The notes under the pieces are model-generated. The model was given only the letters and a program-made list of their open reading frames with translations. It was not told the DNA's origin and did no database searches. From Octopus sinensis (taxonomy: Eukaryota), in contig NC_042997.1 in NCBI RefSeq assembly GCF_006345805.1, positions 188,728,001 through 188,792,000 on the forward strand: a DNA stretch of 64,000 bases, written 5' to 3'. Of this stretch, positions 38,976 through 51,106 are shown piece after piece. The number at the start of each line of letters is the position of its first letter. Positions within the stretch are counted from its first letter, which is position 1. The position numbers were made by a program, and so were the translations under genes.

Positions 38976-39933
38976 TTTACTCACCGCACTATATGTGTGT
39001 TTTTACAGAATTGTTAAATGTTTCTTTGGTAATCGTTTTCCTAAAAATGGCTAAAATCAAATAGTCATATTATTGTCTCACTTATCCAATTAGATATGAA
39101 AAAGTATAAATTATGTTGTGAATATGTCCTGAAGTTTCAAACTAAAGGAGGAGTTGTTGGATAATGTAGTGTGATATGAATTGTGTCTCAAAAGACAGGA
39201 TGGCCATGGCTAGAATATTAATGATCATAGGACTGCTTGACCAGAAATGACCAGGGGATAAACAGCAACACCATGACTCTTCCACTCTGGTTAGCTAGGG
39301 CTGATTCTTTTTCATTTTCTCTTGTCATTTGCTAGGATCTATATTAACATAATCTTTTATTGGTTATTTGCTACTTCAAACTAATAGCCTTCAATAACAA
39401 ATTCTCTACATTTATTCTGCAACCTCTTCCTCACAACCCAATAATCACTCAATGTCCAAAAATGCCTGGTAGCATTTCTTTAAGAAACAGTTGTTAATAG
39501 AAAGCAAATACTTAACCATAAAATGTCCGTCTGTCTCTCTTTCATGTCTGCTTTACTACTTCCAATGTCTTTAGGCCTTACCAAGATCAATGAGATACTT
39601 GAAGTTTTTACACAGTATGTATAAATATGTAACCGATATAAATAAAGTTTATTCAAAAGCTAAGTGATATCAACAATATGAATTCGAAAAAGCTTGTTAA
39701 TATATAAGATCAAAAAGGCAGTGCTTTATTTGTTCCCTGGCAATACACAGATAATCTACTTATTGTCTTTCCCTCTACCTATCAGCTATATAAATTTTTG
39801 CAGGATACCAGCTATAATATTTATGCTATTCATCGTATCCCAGTGTAGCTAGTGGTACAAGAATGCATTTTAGCAAAATGGGAAACAAGAAAAGCTTTAG
39901 AACACTATTGTTTGACTTTCTTTATTAACTTAC

Positions 39934-40089
39934 TGAATGTAACAAAACAACATTGTTGTTTGAACTCTTCACTTTCTAAATGTTCTCTAAAGTTATGGCT
40001 CGTTAATCGAAATTGACAATAAGCTGTCATTAAAATATCCATTTGGTTAACTAGTTTATTATATCTGTCTTTAGGAAAATGCTTTCTAC
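39934..40089 (-). CDS. Candidate internal coding exon (156 nt, phase 1-1) of an unidentified minus-strand gene: (G)RKHFPKDRYNKLVNQMDILMTAYCQFRLTSHNFREHLESEEFKQQCCFVTF
   Basis: Minus strand reads tttttactctgttgcag | 156-nt open frame | gtaagt. Length is a multiple of 3, sequence is non-repetitive, and CpGs are retained in a CpG-poor background. It lies inside track ORF 39905..40216. Confidence 0.7.
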
Positions 40090-40776
40090 CTGCAACAGAG
40101 TAAAAACATTCTAAGGAATATATCAGGATGAGAGAGGGAGTGAGGTAGAGAGAGAGAGAGAGAGAGAGAGAAAGATTGTGTGGTGTGTGTGTGTGTGTGT
40201 GTGCACGTGCGCCCACCTACACATCTTCGCAGGGAGAAACATTTAAATATGGTAATTTGATAATGGAGTAGTGAAATGTTAGCTTTAAATCCTGTCTGCG
40301 GTTCTGTCTTATTAGTAATTACACACAAAGATCTCTTATCAAGAGGTTATTGTCATTGTAATAATTTCTCTCTGTGCCGGCACATGTAGGAACAACCTCA
40401 TTCACTTCATTCTGTGCTGATAGATGATAACCTTCCCAACATACAGATAATAAATATAAAAAGAGATCCCTAACATAGATTATGAGATGCTATCTACTGC
40501 ACTCTACAAAGTCAGGCATACAAATAATAATAGCAATCTTTGTAAAGTTGGCACAAGACCTTGGATATTGGTGGAAGACATAGTTAAAATGGCTCATGCT
40601 CTGTCTATGACTGGTAATATTATCAATCCTAGAAGGATGAAATGCTAAGTCATCATGATGAGATATAAATACAATGTGTAAAAAAGTGAACTAAATATAT
40701 GACAATATTTTGTTTGATGTTCTATTGATTTTACCATAAACTATCCTTGTAAAAATAATAATAATGATCATGGTCA

Positions 40777-40777
40777 A

Positions 40778-40822
<45 letters not shown>
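40777..40822. repeat. (AAT)n microsatellite
   Basis: Direct reading. Confidence 0.95.
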
Positions 40823-40823
<1 letters not shown>

Positions 40824-40992
40824 GTCATGTGCTGTTTATCTTGATATGAGATCATCATGTTGCGCACATGTGGTTGTGATGCATGTGCCTAGTGTACCCT
40901 TATCAGACAGGTAGTCATGATGGGTAGGTATACTGGGCTTCGTATATTTGTACCCCAATGTCACTCTGATGGCATGCATTGCTCTCTCACTC
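40823..40992 (+). mobile_element. Short (TAA)n-embedded retroelement 3' end (probably another R4/Dong-type tail)
   Basis: 170-bp unique segment bracketed by (AAT)n tracts. Family assignment is inferred from context only. Confidence 0.45.
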
Positions 40993-41011
40993 AATAATAA
41001 TAATAAATAAC

Positions 41012-41310
41012 AAGAAAGAATTTGGAGCATATGAAAAGTAAAGGTTGTCCCTATAATAATTGGTGTGTTGGGAACAATAAGCCAAGATATAGACAAATGG
41101 CTGAAGGAGATTGAAACAGAATGCCCGGTAGAACTCCTACAGAATGTCTGTCTCTTAGGGATAAGCAAAGATTATCAAGAGGGTTCTAAGCACTTGAAAG
41201 ATTGCTGAAAACTTGTGGATACTTCAGGTTACAGGTAGTAACTCGCTATTCACATAATTCCTACCTGGAATAAGACCGAAACTGAACCAAACCAAAATAA
41301 TAATAATAAT
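41012..41310 (+). mobile_element. 5'-truncated R4/Dong-clade LINE (restriction-like endonuclease C-terminus + 3' UTR) in (TAA)n
   Basis: KVKVVPIIIGVLGTISQDIDKWLKEIETECPVELLQNVCLLG..IIKRVLST*, with (AAT)n on both sides. Confidence 0.8.
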
Positions 41311-41907
41311 TTCTAACATAGACACAAGACCACAGATGTGGGGTAGAGTATAGTCAATTAGACAAATTCCAATACTTGATTGATGCTTATTATATCAACT
41401 TCAGATGGAAGGGCTGCAAACTCAATTTCAGTAGAATTTGGGCTGAAATGTAAAACCATGTCACTACATAGCACAAAGCATTAAATCCATCACTCTGCCA
41501 TTTCAAATATTCCTTGTCTTTCTTAGTAAACATATATATGTCTCATAAGAAACTGCAATTTAGAAGTAAAATTTCTTCCTATAAACAGTTTTCCTACAAA
41601 TATTATTATAGAAGACTGACTTGGATTTTCTTTAGTAGCACATTTTAAATTCTTTATTAATTAAGGTTGACAAAGACCATAAAATTTAACATGAAATAAT
41701 ATTCTAATGATCCATTTACCAAATTGCACTCAGTTGGCAAATCAAACTGAGACTACAGTGGAAGCCAAGGGACTGCACAACAGGACTAAACCTGGATCTA
41801 CGTGGTCACAAACTGATCTCCCTAAACTTCAGAACTATGCCTATGCTTCTGTGTGTGTTTGCGTGTATACATATGCATTTGAATGTATGTACACACATAT
41901 ATATATC

Positions 41908-42171
41908 TCTGCCGGTGGCATGTAAAAGGCACCATCCGAACGTGACCGATGCCAGCACCGCCTTGACTGGCTTCTGTGCCGGTGGCACGTAAAAAGCACC
42001 CACTACACTCACGGAGTGGTTGGCGTTAGGAAGGGCATCCAGCTGTAGAAACACTGCTGGATCAGACTGGGGCCTGGTGCAGCCTCCTGGCTTCCCAGAC
42101 CCTGGTCGAACTGTCCAACCTGTGCTAGCACGGAAAACGGATGTTAAACGATGATGATGATGATGATGATG
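41908..42171 (+). mobile_element. RTE 3' UTR fragment, young
   Basis: gtggttggcgttaggaagggcatccagctgtagaaac...ggatgttaaacgatgatgatg. Confidence 0.88.
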
Positions 42172-42186
42172 AATACATCCATGTAC

Positions 42187-42231
<45 letters not shown>

Positions 42232-44890
42232 TATATAAATATATATATACACATACATATTGTACGTAGGTGTGAGAGAGAGAGAGAGAGAGAGAGAGCT
42301 AGAATTCATTCGAAAATTCTCCAGTAAAGCTAACTATTACTACACTCCTATAGAAAGATTTTTCTCTGGAAGTCAATTATCCCTTGCAAGAGAAATTTGA
42401 ATGATTATGTTGGAGCATGGCAATTGAATGCATAAGGTGCTAATCTATTCAATAAAAGGTGAATTTTTCAAATCTGGCTTCAGGCATTATATTACATCTC
42501 TATTCAAAGTACCCTAATGCAACTGTTTTACTTTATATGGAAAATAGAGATTACTTTTACTCCACACTTTAAAATGGCATTCGGTGGTAAAATTCAGATC
42601 TAGCGGTTGTTGTTGCTGTTGTTGTTTTATTGTTACTGTTGTTATTTAACCCTGTGTTATCCCTCACTGAACAGGTCTATAACCAGAGATGTTCATGCAG
42701 TAACCATCTGATCACTCTTGTATAACAGCAACTACATTGTCCAAATGTATTTTTCATATCTAAGAATTGACTGCTGTTTCTAGTAAGTCGAGCAACAACA
42801 TAGGGGTTCAGTAAATGTCATGATTTTCACAAGCACTGAACCCTCTCATTCAGTGGTTCCCAGAGGGATAAATACCAGGCCCTTACCAACAATATTTCAG
42901 GAAAATGTCTGACCTCCTTCCATCTATTTAATGAGAAGACAATAATAGTTTACAACCAAATAATTATTTTTTTCCTTACCATGAGGTTGACTCATTTAAA
43001 AAAGTTTAATTTATTAAACATGGCTTTTCAATCCTCACAGCCCCATCTCCTATGAGAAACACTACCCTCATTAGCTTGCTTTAAAATAATATTATTTAAT
43101 CAAATTCATCAATCAGTTTATATTGTGTGTGTGTGCAATGATAAGTTAAATAATATATATTGTTTGGTATTGTACTAAATTTTTAAAGGTTAACTTAATT
43201 TTACTGATTATAGAGCCTTCAAATACATATAAAATATACTTCAACTGATTAACTTTACTGAATGTAGACTTTGATATAAATATTTTTCTAAGATTTAACA
43301 AAAAATGCATAAATTTTCAGAAACTTCTAGCATGATTAATACAAAGGAAATGGTTTTCTATAATTTTTTTTTTTTAACCTTCTCTTTTCTTTCTATTCTT
43401 TCTCTCCCTTCTTCCTTTCTCCAATTTTTTTGCTAGAAAACAGTTTTATAGGTCTCTCCCAAGATTGAAGGCAGAAAAGTTTTTTTTTTCTTTTTTATAA
43501 GTTATCGTTAATTTGACACAGTTAATAATGTCTTTTTTTAGGAATTAACATATAGTTAACAGTTTAAGAGCAGAAATATTAGGCAAAGATGCAATAGTCT
43601 GATAAAACATTTCCAAAATTTTAGAAAAGAAATATGGTATTAACATTAACAGAAAGTTATGTAGTTTAAGCTTCTAATAGTTTTAAGTATCAATTATACT
43701 TAATCCAAATTAACATGTAAACTCACTTACATGTTTAATTTGTATCAAGCAAAATTGTTGACAATTATATGCTAAGAAATATCTTAATGGACACTATAGC
43801 TTCCTTAAATTATTTCTGATCATAGAATATGAGGAAATAATAACACATTTTCAAATAAGATATTTTCCATTAAATTAAAGGGTAAAAAAATAAAACTATC
43901 AAAAGCTATATATGCAATACTTCCTAAAACAACTTTATTACAGAAAGAATCCATTTAGTTTGATTTTATCTGATTTAACTTTTAATTCTTCTCTAAAGAT
44001 GATATAGCTACAGATTTATTATACTACAACTCTGCAAAACATTTTGCTTCTGTTTTTTTTTTTAACAAAATGAATGAAATTAGTAGTAAAAGTTATTGAT
44101 CAGTAAACTCTACTTTTATACCAAGTTATATAAATATAAAATATTGTATATTCCTGGAGTTCTCAAACGTGATACCTTTGATATTGAGTTTTCAGAAATA
44201 AAAACATAGAACATTTATAAAAACCAATAAAGCTTTGAAATTTTGAGGTTTCTTTGAATTACAATTTCTGCTCTACCCACTCAATGTTTTATATGCTTTA
44301 TTAATTTGCGGCCTGCAAAACTTAGAACAGACAAGAGAATCAAGATCAATCCCAGCAGTTGCTAACAAATTAATCCATTTACCTATCAATGAATATTGCA
44401 AGAGAAGTCATGAAACCATTTAATCCAAGTGAGAGAGGGAGGGAGGAGGGGGACAAACAGACAGGCAGACAGATAGGATATGCTTTCGTCTGTATATAAG
44501 TATTTAATCCACCCACCAACCCAATAGATAGTCAAGAGCCATTAGGATTTAGTAGTATCCATAAAAGTAGAAAAATGTAGGTAATATTCTAACGTTGGTA
44601 TGGCTGCATGATTAAGAAGTTCACTTTGCAATAAATAACATGGTTCATTGTTCCTTGGGCAAAAAAAGCCTTGAGAGTAAAACTGGGAAGCATACAACTA
44701 TGTAAAGACCTTCAGATGAACTGTATCTAGTCTTAGGTGAGAAGCATAATCCAGTCATGGACAAAACTTCCTGAATGGCATGCCTAATAAAATTCCATGA
44801 ATTTTCTAGAATGACAGTTTTTCTTCTAAGATGGCTGATAGAAATGTTAGAGTAACTGGAAAAGAATGCCTTGCGCTATTTGTTTCATAG

Positions 44891-45136
44891 GCACATATGT
44901 GGCTGTGTAGTAAGAAGCTTGCTTCCCATCCATGTGGTTTGGGATTCAGTCCCAATGTGTGACACCTTGAGTAAGTGTTTTCTACTACAGCTTTGGGCCA
45001 AAACCTTACGAGTGGATTTTAGATGAAAACTGAAAGAAACCTGTCGTGTGTGTGTGGGGATGTATATATATATATTTGTTTTGCAAGATTTTTGATGTGA
45101 AATTGTGTGTTGAAACAGATATTGTTGTATGTAAAA

Positions 45137-45191
<55 letters not shown>

Positions 45192-45460
45192 TATCATATA
45201 TACATATATATTATACATATGTGTGTGTGTGTGTGTTTCTGTGTGTGTGTGTGTTTCTGTGTCTGTGCCCCCCTCCCAGTGCTGGTGTGTTTACATCCCC
45301 GTAACTTAGCAGTGCGGCATAAGGGACCAACAGAATAAGTACCAGACTTTAAAAAATAAGTGCTGGGGTCAATTACATTCAACCAAAGATTCTTCATAGT
45401 GGTGTCCCAACATGGCCACAGTCTAATGACTAAAACAAGTAAAAGACAAACAATAAAAAG
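44891..45460 (+). mobile_element. SINE family B with expanded internal microsatellite containing a ~65-bp foreign segment
   Basis: Head 44891-45048, tail 45260-45460. Internal 45072-45135 resembles 21798-21855. Confidence 0.8.
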
Positions 45461-45467
45461 TAATGCA

Positions 45468-45671
45468 GTTGTCAGTACCGCCTGACTGGCCCTCATGCCA
45501 GTGGCACGTAAAAGCACCCACTACACTCTCGGAGTGGTTGGCGTTAGGAAGCTGTAGAAACTCTGCCAAATCAGATTGGAGTCTGGTGCAGCCATCTGGT
45601 TCGCCAGACCTCAGCCAAATCGTCCAACCCATGCTAGCATAGAAAGCGGACATTTGATGGTGATGATGATG
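45468..45671 (+). mobile_element. RTE 3' UTR fragment
   Basis: Same 3' UTR with (GAT)n tail. Confidence 0.85.
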
Positions 45672-46184
45672 CAGCCTGCCGGCTGATGAACCATGTCTCA
45701 CATGGCCTGTTTCTCAAAAACAGTTGCTTATGCCTGGCATAATCTCTTATCAGGTTTTACACTATCTAGCTCTTCAATACTTTTAACAGAGTCTACGAGG
45801 TCCCTACATGTATACTTGAGTCAGCATTTACTCAAGATAAGTTGAGCCAGCTCTAGCCAAAAAATCTCTATCGTTGCAAAAAGAAACCAACTATCTCAGG
45901 GATCACAGGCAGCTGACACAGAGATCATCAGACCACCACCCAGTCACAATTTCAACGGTGGCTCCATTTCCAGTTTGAGGATAACTCAATAAACTCGATG
46001 AGCTGTTTTCTACTTTAACAATACATGAGTCGTCTTTTTTCATCCTCACCTCACCCACCAGTCTTAAAAGCTCTTCAAAGGTCATGGATGATTTCCTCCC
46101 TCTTCAAACAAACATTTCTTTTTTAAAAATAACATTTAAGATTTTATGAATACATTCTCTCACACTCTCACTCACTCTCACACA

Positions 46185-46228
<44 letters not shown>

Positions 46229-46838
46229 TGTATGATGTGAATATAAATTCTAAATTCATGTTAGAATATTGCTAATAAAACATAAACATAGAATCAAGTG
46301 TTCTTGATTCTAGTGTAGAAAACCATTTTATATATGTAAGCAGCAATTGAAACAAGGCAAATTCTATTCTGACAGAAGCAACAGTGTTTCCTTAGACAAA
46401 TAACATTCCAAGTATGTGGCTAATGGGTACTATGTTAAAAACTAGAATTATGAATCTAAGATCAGATTACAGGCAAGTTAAAGACATCCTAACAAGAAAA
46501 CTACAAGATCAGTAAACTGAATTATTTATTTATTTATTCTCATTTTTTTTTATTAAATACTATTAAGACATAAATGATTTAACAGATCCTTTCAACTCTT
46601 TTACTAATATCCTCGATAAAGTAACAAAAAAAAGCAGTTTGATATGTGTGTGTTTCTGCCTGTCTGTCTGTCTATGTATACACGCCTATATGCAGAATAA
46701 AACAAATATATACATCAGCAAAAGAACACTATTCAAACATACTTTTACTCATGGTTTTTTCTTAATACTTATTACTTATGTATAAAATCTACCCCTCTCT
46801 CTCTCCCCATATATATATATATATATATATATATATCA

Positions 46839-47048
46839 TTCTCTTTTACTTGTTTCAGTCATTTGACTGTGGCCATGCTGGAGCACCACCTTTAGTCGAG
46901 CAAATCAACTCCAGGACTTATTCTTTGTAAGCCTAGTACTTATTCTATCGGTCTCTTTTGCCGAACCGCTAAGTTACAGGAACGTAAGCACACCAGCATT
47001 GGTTGTCAAGCAATGTTGGGGGGACAAACACACACACAAGCATACACA

Positions 47049-47104
<56 letters not shown>

Positions 47105-47236
47105 TATACATGTATACGACGAGCTTCTTTCAGTTTTCATCTACCAAATCCACTCACAAGGCTTTAGTCGGCCCGAGGCTATAGTAGAAGACACTTGCCC
47201 AAGGTGCCATGCAGTGGGACTGAACTCGGAACCATA
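46839..47236 (-). mobile_element. SINE family B, 5'-clipped
   Basis: Tail, (CA)n core and most of the head. Confidence 0.9.
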
Positions 47237-48129
47237 TACATATTGTTTTTAAAACATCTAAAAACAACTAATCAACTAAGTCCAACATTTGCTGTTTAGA
47301 AGAATGATAACTGTAACATTATGTCATCCTATATCAGCAATGACTAAGCTAACCAATGATCAAAAGCTTTCCAGTCATGACCATCTCATCTTTATTCAGA
47401 CATTTTATCAAAGTTTATATTACCCAATGTATACCCTTTTGTAAAAGACAGTGAAGTAAGATTTGAGGAAGACTTGGATGCTATTTCTAGCATGTAGAGC
47501 AATTACAGATATTTCTTCAATAAATTGTTATTCTAGAAAATGATTTAGGGCGAGTTGCCTCTTTCCCTAACCTCAATCCCTTTGCTATCTGGGGTTGGAA
47601 TATTTTAGTGAATGTCAGCAACTAAACAGGAAACTTTACTTTAGGCTCCTCCAGTTGCTTTATACTAGCATTAGTAATGGAAACTAGCAACATAATTTTG
47701 AAAAGTACATACCAAGATATTATTTCAATAAAGAAAAACTAAACAGTATTTAATAGAAATATATTTGAAGACAATGTTTTAATTTAAAACATAATGAAAC
47801 TGTTAATAATTAATATCTCGGCATGATTTTTATTTTTTCACAAATTATCAAAACAAAGATTTAATTATCCTTTAAAATTAACCCCTGTTACCTTTTCTTT
47901 TTATTTCTTTTTTTGTCTTTTTAATATTTTAATAACTAAATATTATGCTACTAAAACAGAAGACAACATTTGTTCTGCTATACATGTAAACATCATTTTA
48001 TTAACAATAAAAAAAAAAACCATCTGGCTAATTAGCAAAAGATTTATTCATCAACATATTACAACCACTAACCCATTAATGCACAGTTTCTGCTGTTTCT
48101 CCTCTTCTGTATTTCTTTGTTACTAGAAC

Positions 48130-48400
48130 AGTTTCAGCTCTTCTGAACTAGCAGCAACCTGCATTCCACTGCTACTCAAGCTCATCATGTTTCCACTTCT
48201 CCATTCATCAACCTTACGATATCATACCACCATACTCCACACTAAATTCATTACACAATCTGTCCAAAGCAGAGCCACAGCTTTCTTGAACTCAATCACT
48301 GCTGCAAGTGACATTCTTACAAATTTCAATCGACAGAAGTTCAAGTTGAACATCAACTGCAGCAACCTCTACAGACTGGTAGATCATCATCAAGTGCTAC
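48130..48400 (+). mobile_element. Ancient CR1/Jockey-like LINE C-terminal remnant
   Basis: ...SRATAFLNSI...NFNRQKFKLNINCSNL resembles the FFPRT..WN.L....FK..IN end of such ORF2s. Similar traces at 30075-30240 and 30480-30690. Confidence 0.35.
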
Positions 48401-48423
48401 TTCTCCTCATCTTACTAAAATAA

Positions 48424-48830
48424 TGGTTCTAAATTTTGACACAAGGCCCGAAATTTCAGGGAAGTGGGGAAGTTGATTACATCAACCCCAGTGTTCAGAC
48501 TGGAATTTATTTTATCAACCCTGAAAGGATGAAAGGTAAAGTCGACCTCAGCAGAATTTAAACCCAGAATGTAAAGATGGATGAAATGCCACAAAGCATT
48601 TAACTTGGCGTGCTAACAATTCAGCCAGCTCACCACCCTCATATTACTAAATAATAATTTCTTAGTCAGGTATGAGGCCAGAAATCTGAAAGGAGTTAAT
48701 CAATTACATCAACCCCAGTACTTTGACTGGCACATATATTTTTTTCACCCCTGAAGGGTTTGAACTGAGAATATAAAGAGCCAGAACCAATTCTGCAAGG
48801 TATTTTGTCTACCAATCCACTATCTTTTCT
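48424..48830 (-). mobile_element. SINE A2 copy plus adjacent older partial copy
   Basis: 48424-48637 is full length; 48665-48830 is a second decayed unit. Confidence 0.75.
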
Positions 48831-49492
48831 GACTAAATAATAATAAGAAAATATAAATTACAATCTTACATCATAAAACACAACTTGCTTTCATCTGAAT
48901 TAAAAGCTCCAACTTCTTATTTTACCAGAAGAAACACCAGCAAAATATATCATAAATAATTCTATATACATTTCTGAAGCATCTATTTAATTGTTACTGG
49001 GTAGTTAAAATTCAAAGATGCTTTTCTTGTTACTGAAATCAATCAATATGGTTTTCAGCATGTACAGAAAGAAAAAAAAAGCAATAACATAGCACCTACA
49101 ATTCACAGAAAATTTTTTTCCTAAATTTTGAAGTTTGCTTTACACACACTAAAATGCTTTTAAATTTCTGTCTGCACTTGCTTATGGTACCTAACAAGGT
49201 TGGAGAAGTGACTTCAATTATCAATAATTGATACAGCAGTAGGAATATAGTTAGGTGAAATAATGAGGAATAGTGATATAACATAAAAGGAAGAGCTAGC
49301 AATAGAGAAAAATATCCATTTGTGTACTTAATACCATTTTTATTTGAATAAAATGTGATTTCAAACATAATGTGACACTCACATTTTGTATGTAATTCAG
49401 TAATATATTTTATCCTTTTATTTTTCTTATGCAACTATAATACTACTCCACAGTTTTGACCCTGGTGTAGTGTACTAAATGTTATATATTAA

Positions 49493-49948
49493 CCCTTTAG
49501 CATTCAAATTACTCTGTCAAATGTATTGCTTATTTATTTGCATTGTTTTGAATTAATCATGCATTATCTCTCAGCTTCAACATTTCAATACTGTGATTGT
49601 TTAAGGCGGCGAGCTGGCAGAAACGTTAGCACGCCGGGCGAAATGCGTAGCCGTATTTTGTCCGAGTTCAAATTCCGCCGAGGTTGACATTGCCTTTCAT
49701 CCTTCCGGGGTTGATAAATTAAGTACCAGTTACACACTGGGATCAATATAATCGACTTAATCCGTTTGTCTGTCCTTGTTTGTCCCCTCTGTGTTTAGCC
49801 TCTTGTGGGTAGTAAAGAAATAAATACTGTGATTGTTTAATTTTGAAATGACATTATAGGATAGATATGAGAGGTTGGATCTGGCCAGTTTGAATGTAAA
49901 ACAGGTAGAATATTTGGGCCAAACATGGCTGGTTTAAATGCTAAAGGG
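49493..49948 (+). mobile_element. piggyBac-type MITE family 1 containing a SINE A insertion
   Basis: TTAA-CCCTTTAGCATT...AATGCTAAAGGG; SINE at 49605-49822. Confidence 0.85.
49605..49822 (+). mobile_element. SINE family A (A1) inserted in a piggyBac-type MITE
   Basis: 18-bp TSD aatactgtgattgtttaa at 49587-49604 and 49823-49840. Confidence 0.9.
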
Positions 49949-50261
49949 CTATACAGAAGTAAATATTTCAATGAATGTAAGCAGTATCTAAGTGTTAAAC
50001 AAAAAAAATTCTGAAACAAAACATCATAACGGCACTACATGTTACTGATAAAATACTAAAATATTCTGACCAGTTTGGTCTATTAAAAAAGAAAGTTTAT
50101 TGATTTCTTAAAGACTTATTTCAACTTAGCAAAATCATTAAACTTTACATTATATATTTAAAGTTTTAATCCTTAAGAACTTCTTTGTAGTGTGCGTGTG
50201 CCAGCATATGTATGTACATTTGTGTTTCTATTTTATGTATGTATGTCAATTGATTTTAAAA

Positions 50262-50418
50262 GACAGCAAACTGGCAGAACTGTTAGCACACCAACCAAAA
50301 TGCTTACAGTTGTTTTGTCCATCTTTATGTCCTAAGTTCAAATTCAGCTGAGGCTAACTGTGCCTTTTATCCTTCTAAGGCAAATGGGTACCAGTTGAGT
50401 ACTAGGGTCAATGTAACC
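50262..50418 (+). mobile_element. SINE A, old tail-truncated copy
   Basis: aactggcagaactgttagcac...agttcaaattcagctgagg...gtaccagttgagtactaggg. Confidence 0.65.
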
Positions 50419-50427
50419 AAAACTGTT

Positions 50428-50873
50428 ATCATTTTAACATCCACTTTTCCATGTTTGCATGGATTACATAGAGTTTATTGAAACAGGCTTTCTATGATCA
50501 GATGCCCTTTCTGTCACCAAACCTCACCTGTTTCTAAGCAAGGTAATATTTGTAGAATATTGAAAATGTATTACACTGCTTGTATGACATTGACACTCAT
50601 TTACAGTTATTGTTTCTTTACTGCCCACAAGGGGTTACACACAGAGGGGACAAACAAGGACAGACAAACGGATTAAGTCAATTATATTGAACCCAGTGCG
50701 TAACTGGTACTTATTTAATCGACCCCGAAAGGATGAAAGGCAAAGTCGACCTCGGCGGAATTTGAACTCAGAACATAGCGGCAGACAAAATACTGCTAAG
50801 CATTTCGCCCGGCATGCTAACAATTCTGCCAGCTTGCCGCTCATTTACAGTTATCATGGAATGACAAGACAAA

Positions 50874-50947
<74 letters not shown>

Positions 50948-51106
50948 AGTGGGCTTCTTTCAATTTCTGTCCCCCAAATCCACTCATAAGGCTTGCTTGA
51001 CCCAGGGCTATTGTAGAAGACACTTGCCCAAGGTGCCATGCAGTGGGGTTCAACCCAGAACAATGTGGCTGGGCAAGCAAGCATCTTGCCACAAGGCCAT
51101 GCCTGC
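50428..51106 (-). mobile_element. SINE with family-B head and an RTE-like 3' tail, interrupted by a SINE A
   Basis: B head (50950-51106) + (TG)n + a different body ending gggcatctg...catgcaaacatggaaaagtggatgttaaaatgat. The related tail at 23455-23700 matches. Confidence 0.7.
50611..50840 (-). mobile_element. SINE family A (A1) inserted in a family-B-headed SINE
   Basis: 15-bp TSD ctcatttacagttat at 50596-50610 and 50840-50854. Confidence 0.9.

Noticed and set aside
45680-46110. Higher-complexity segment containing track ORF 45903..46085
   Set aside because: No splice signals or motifs; likely an old TE remnant.
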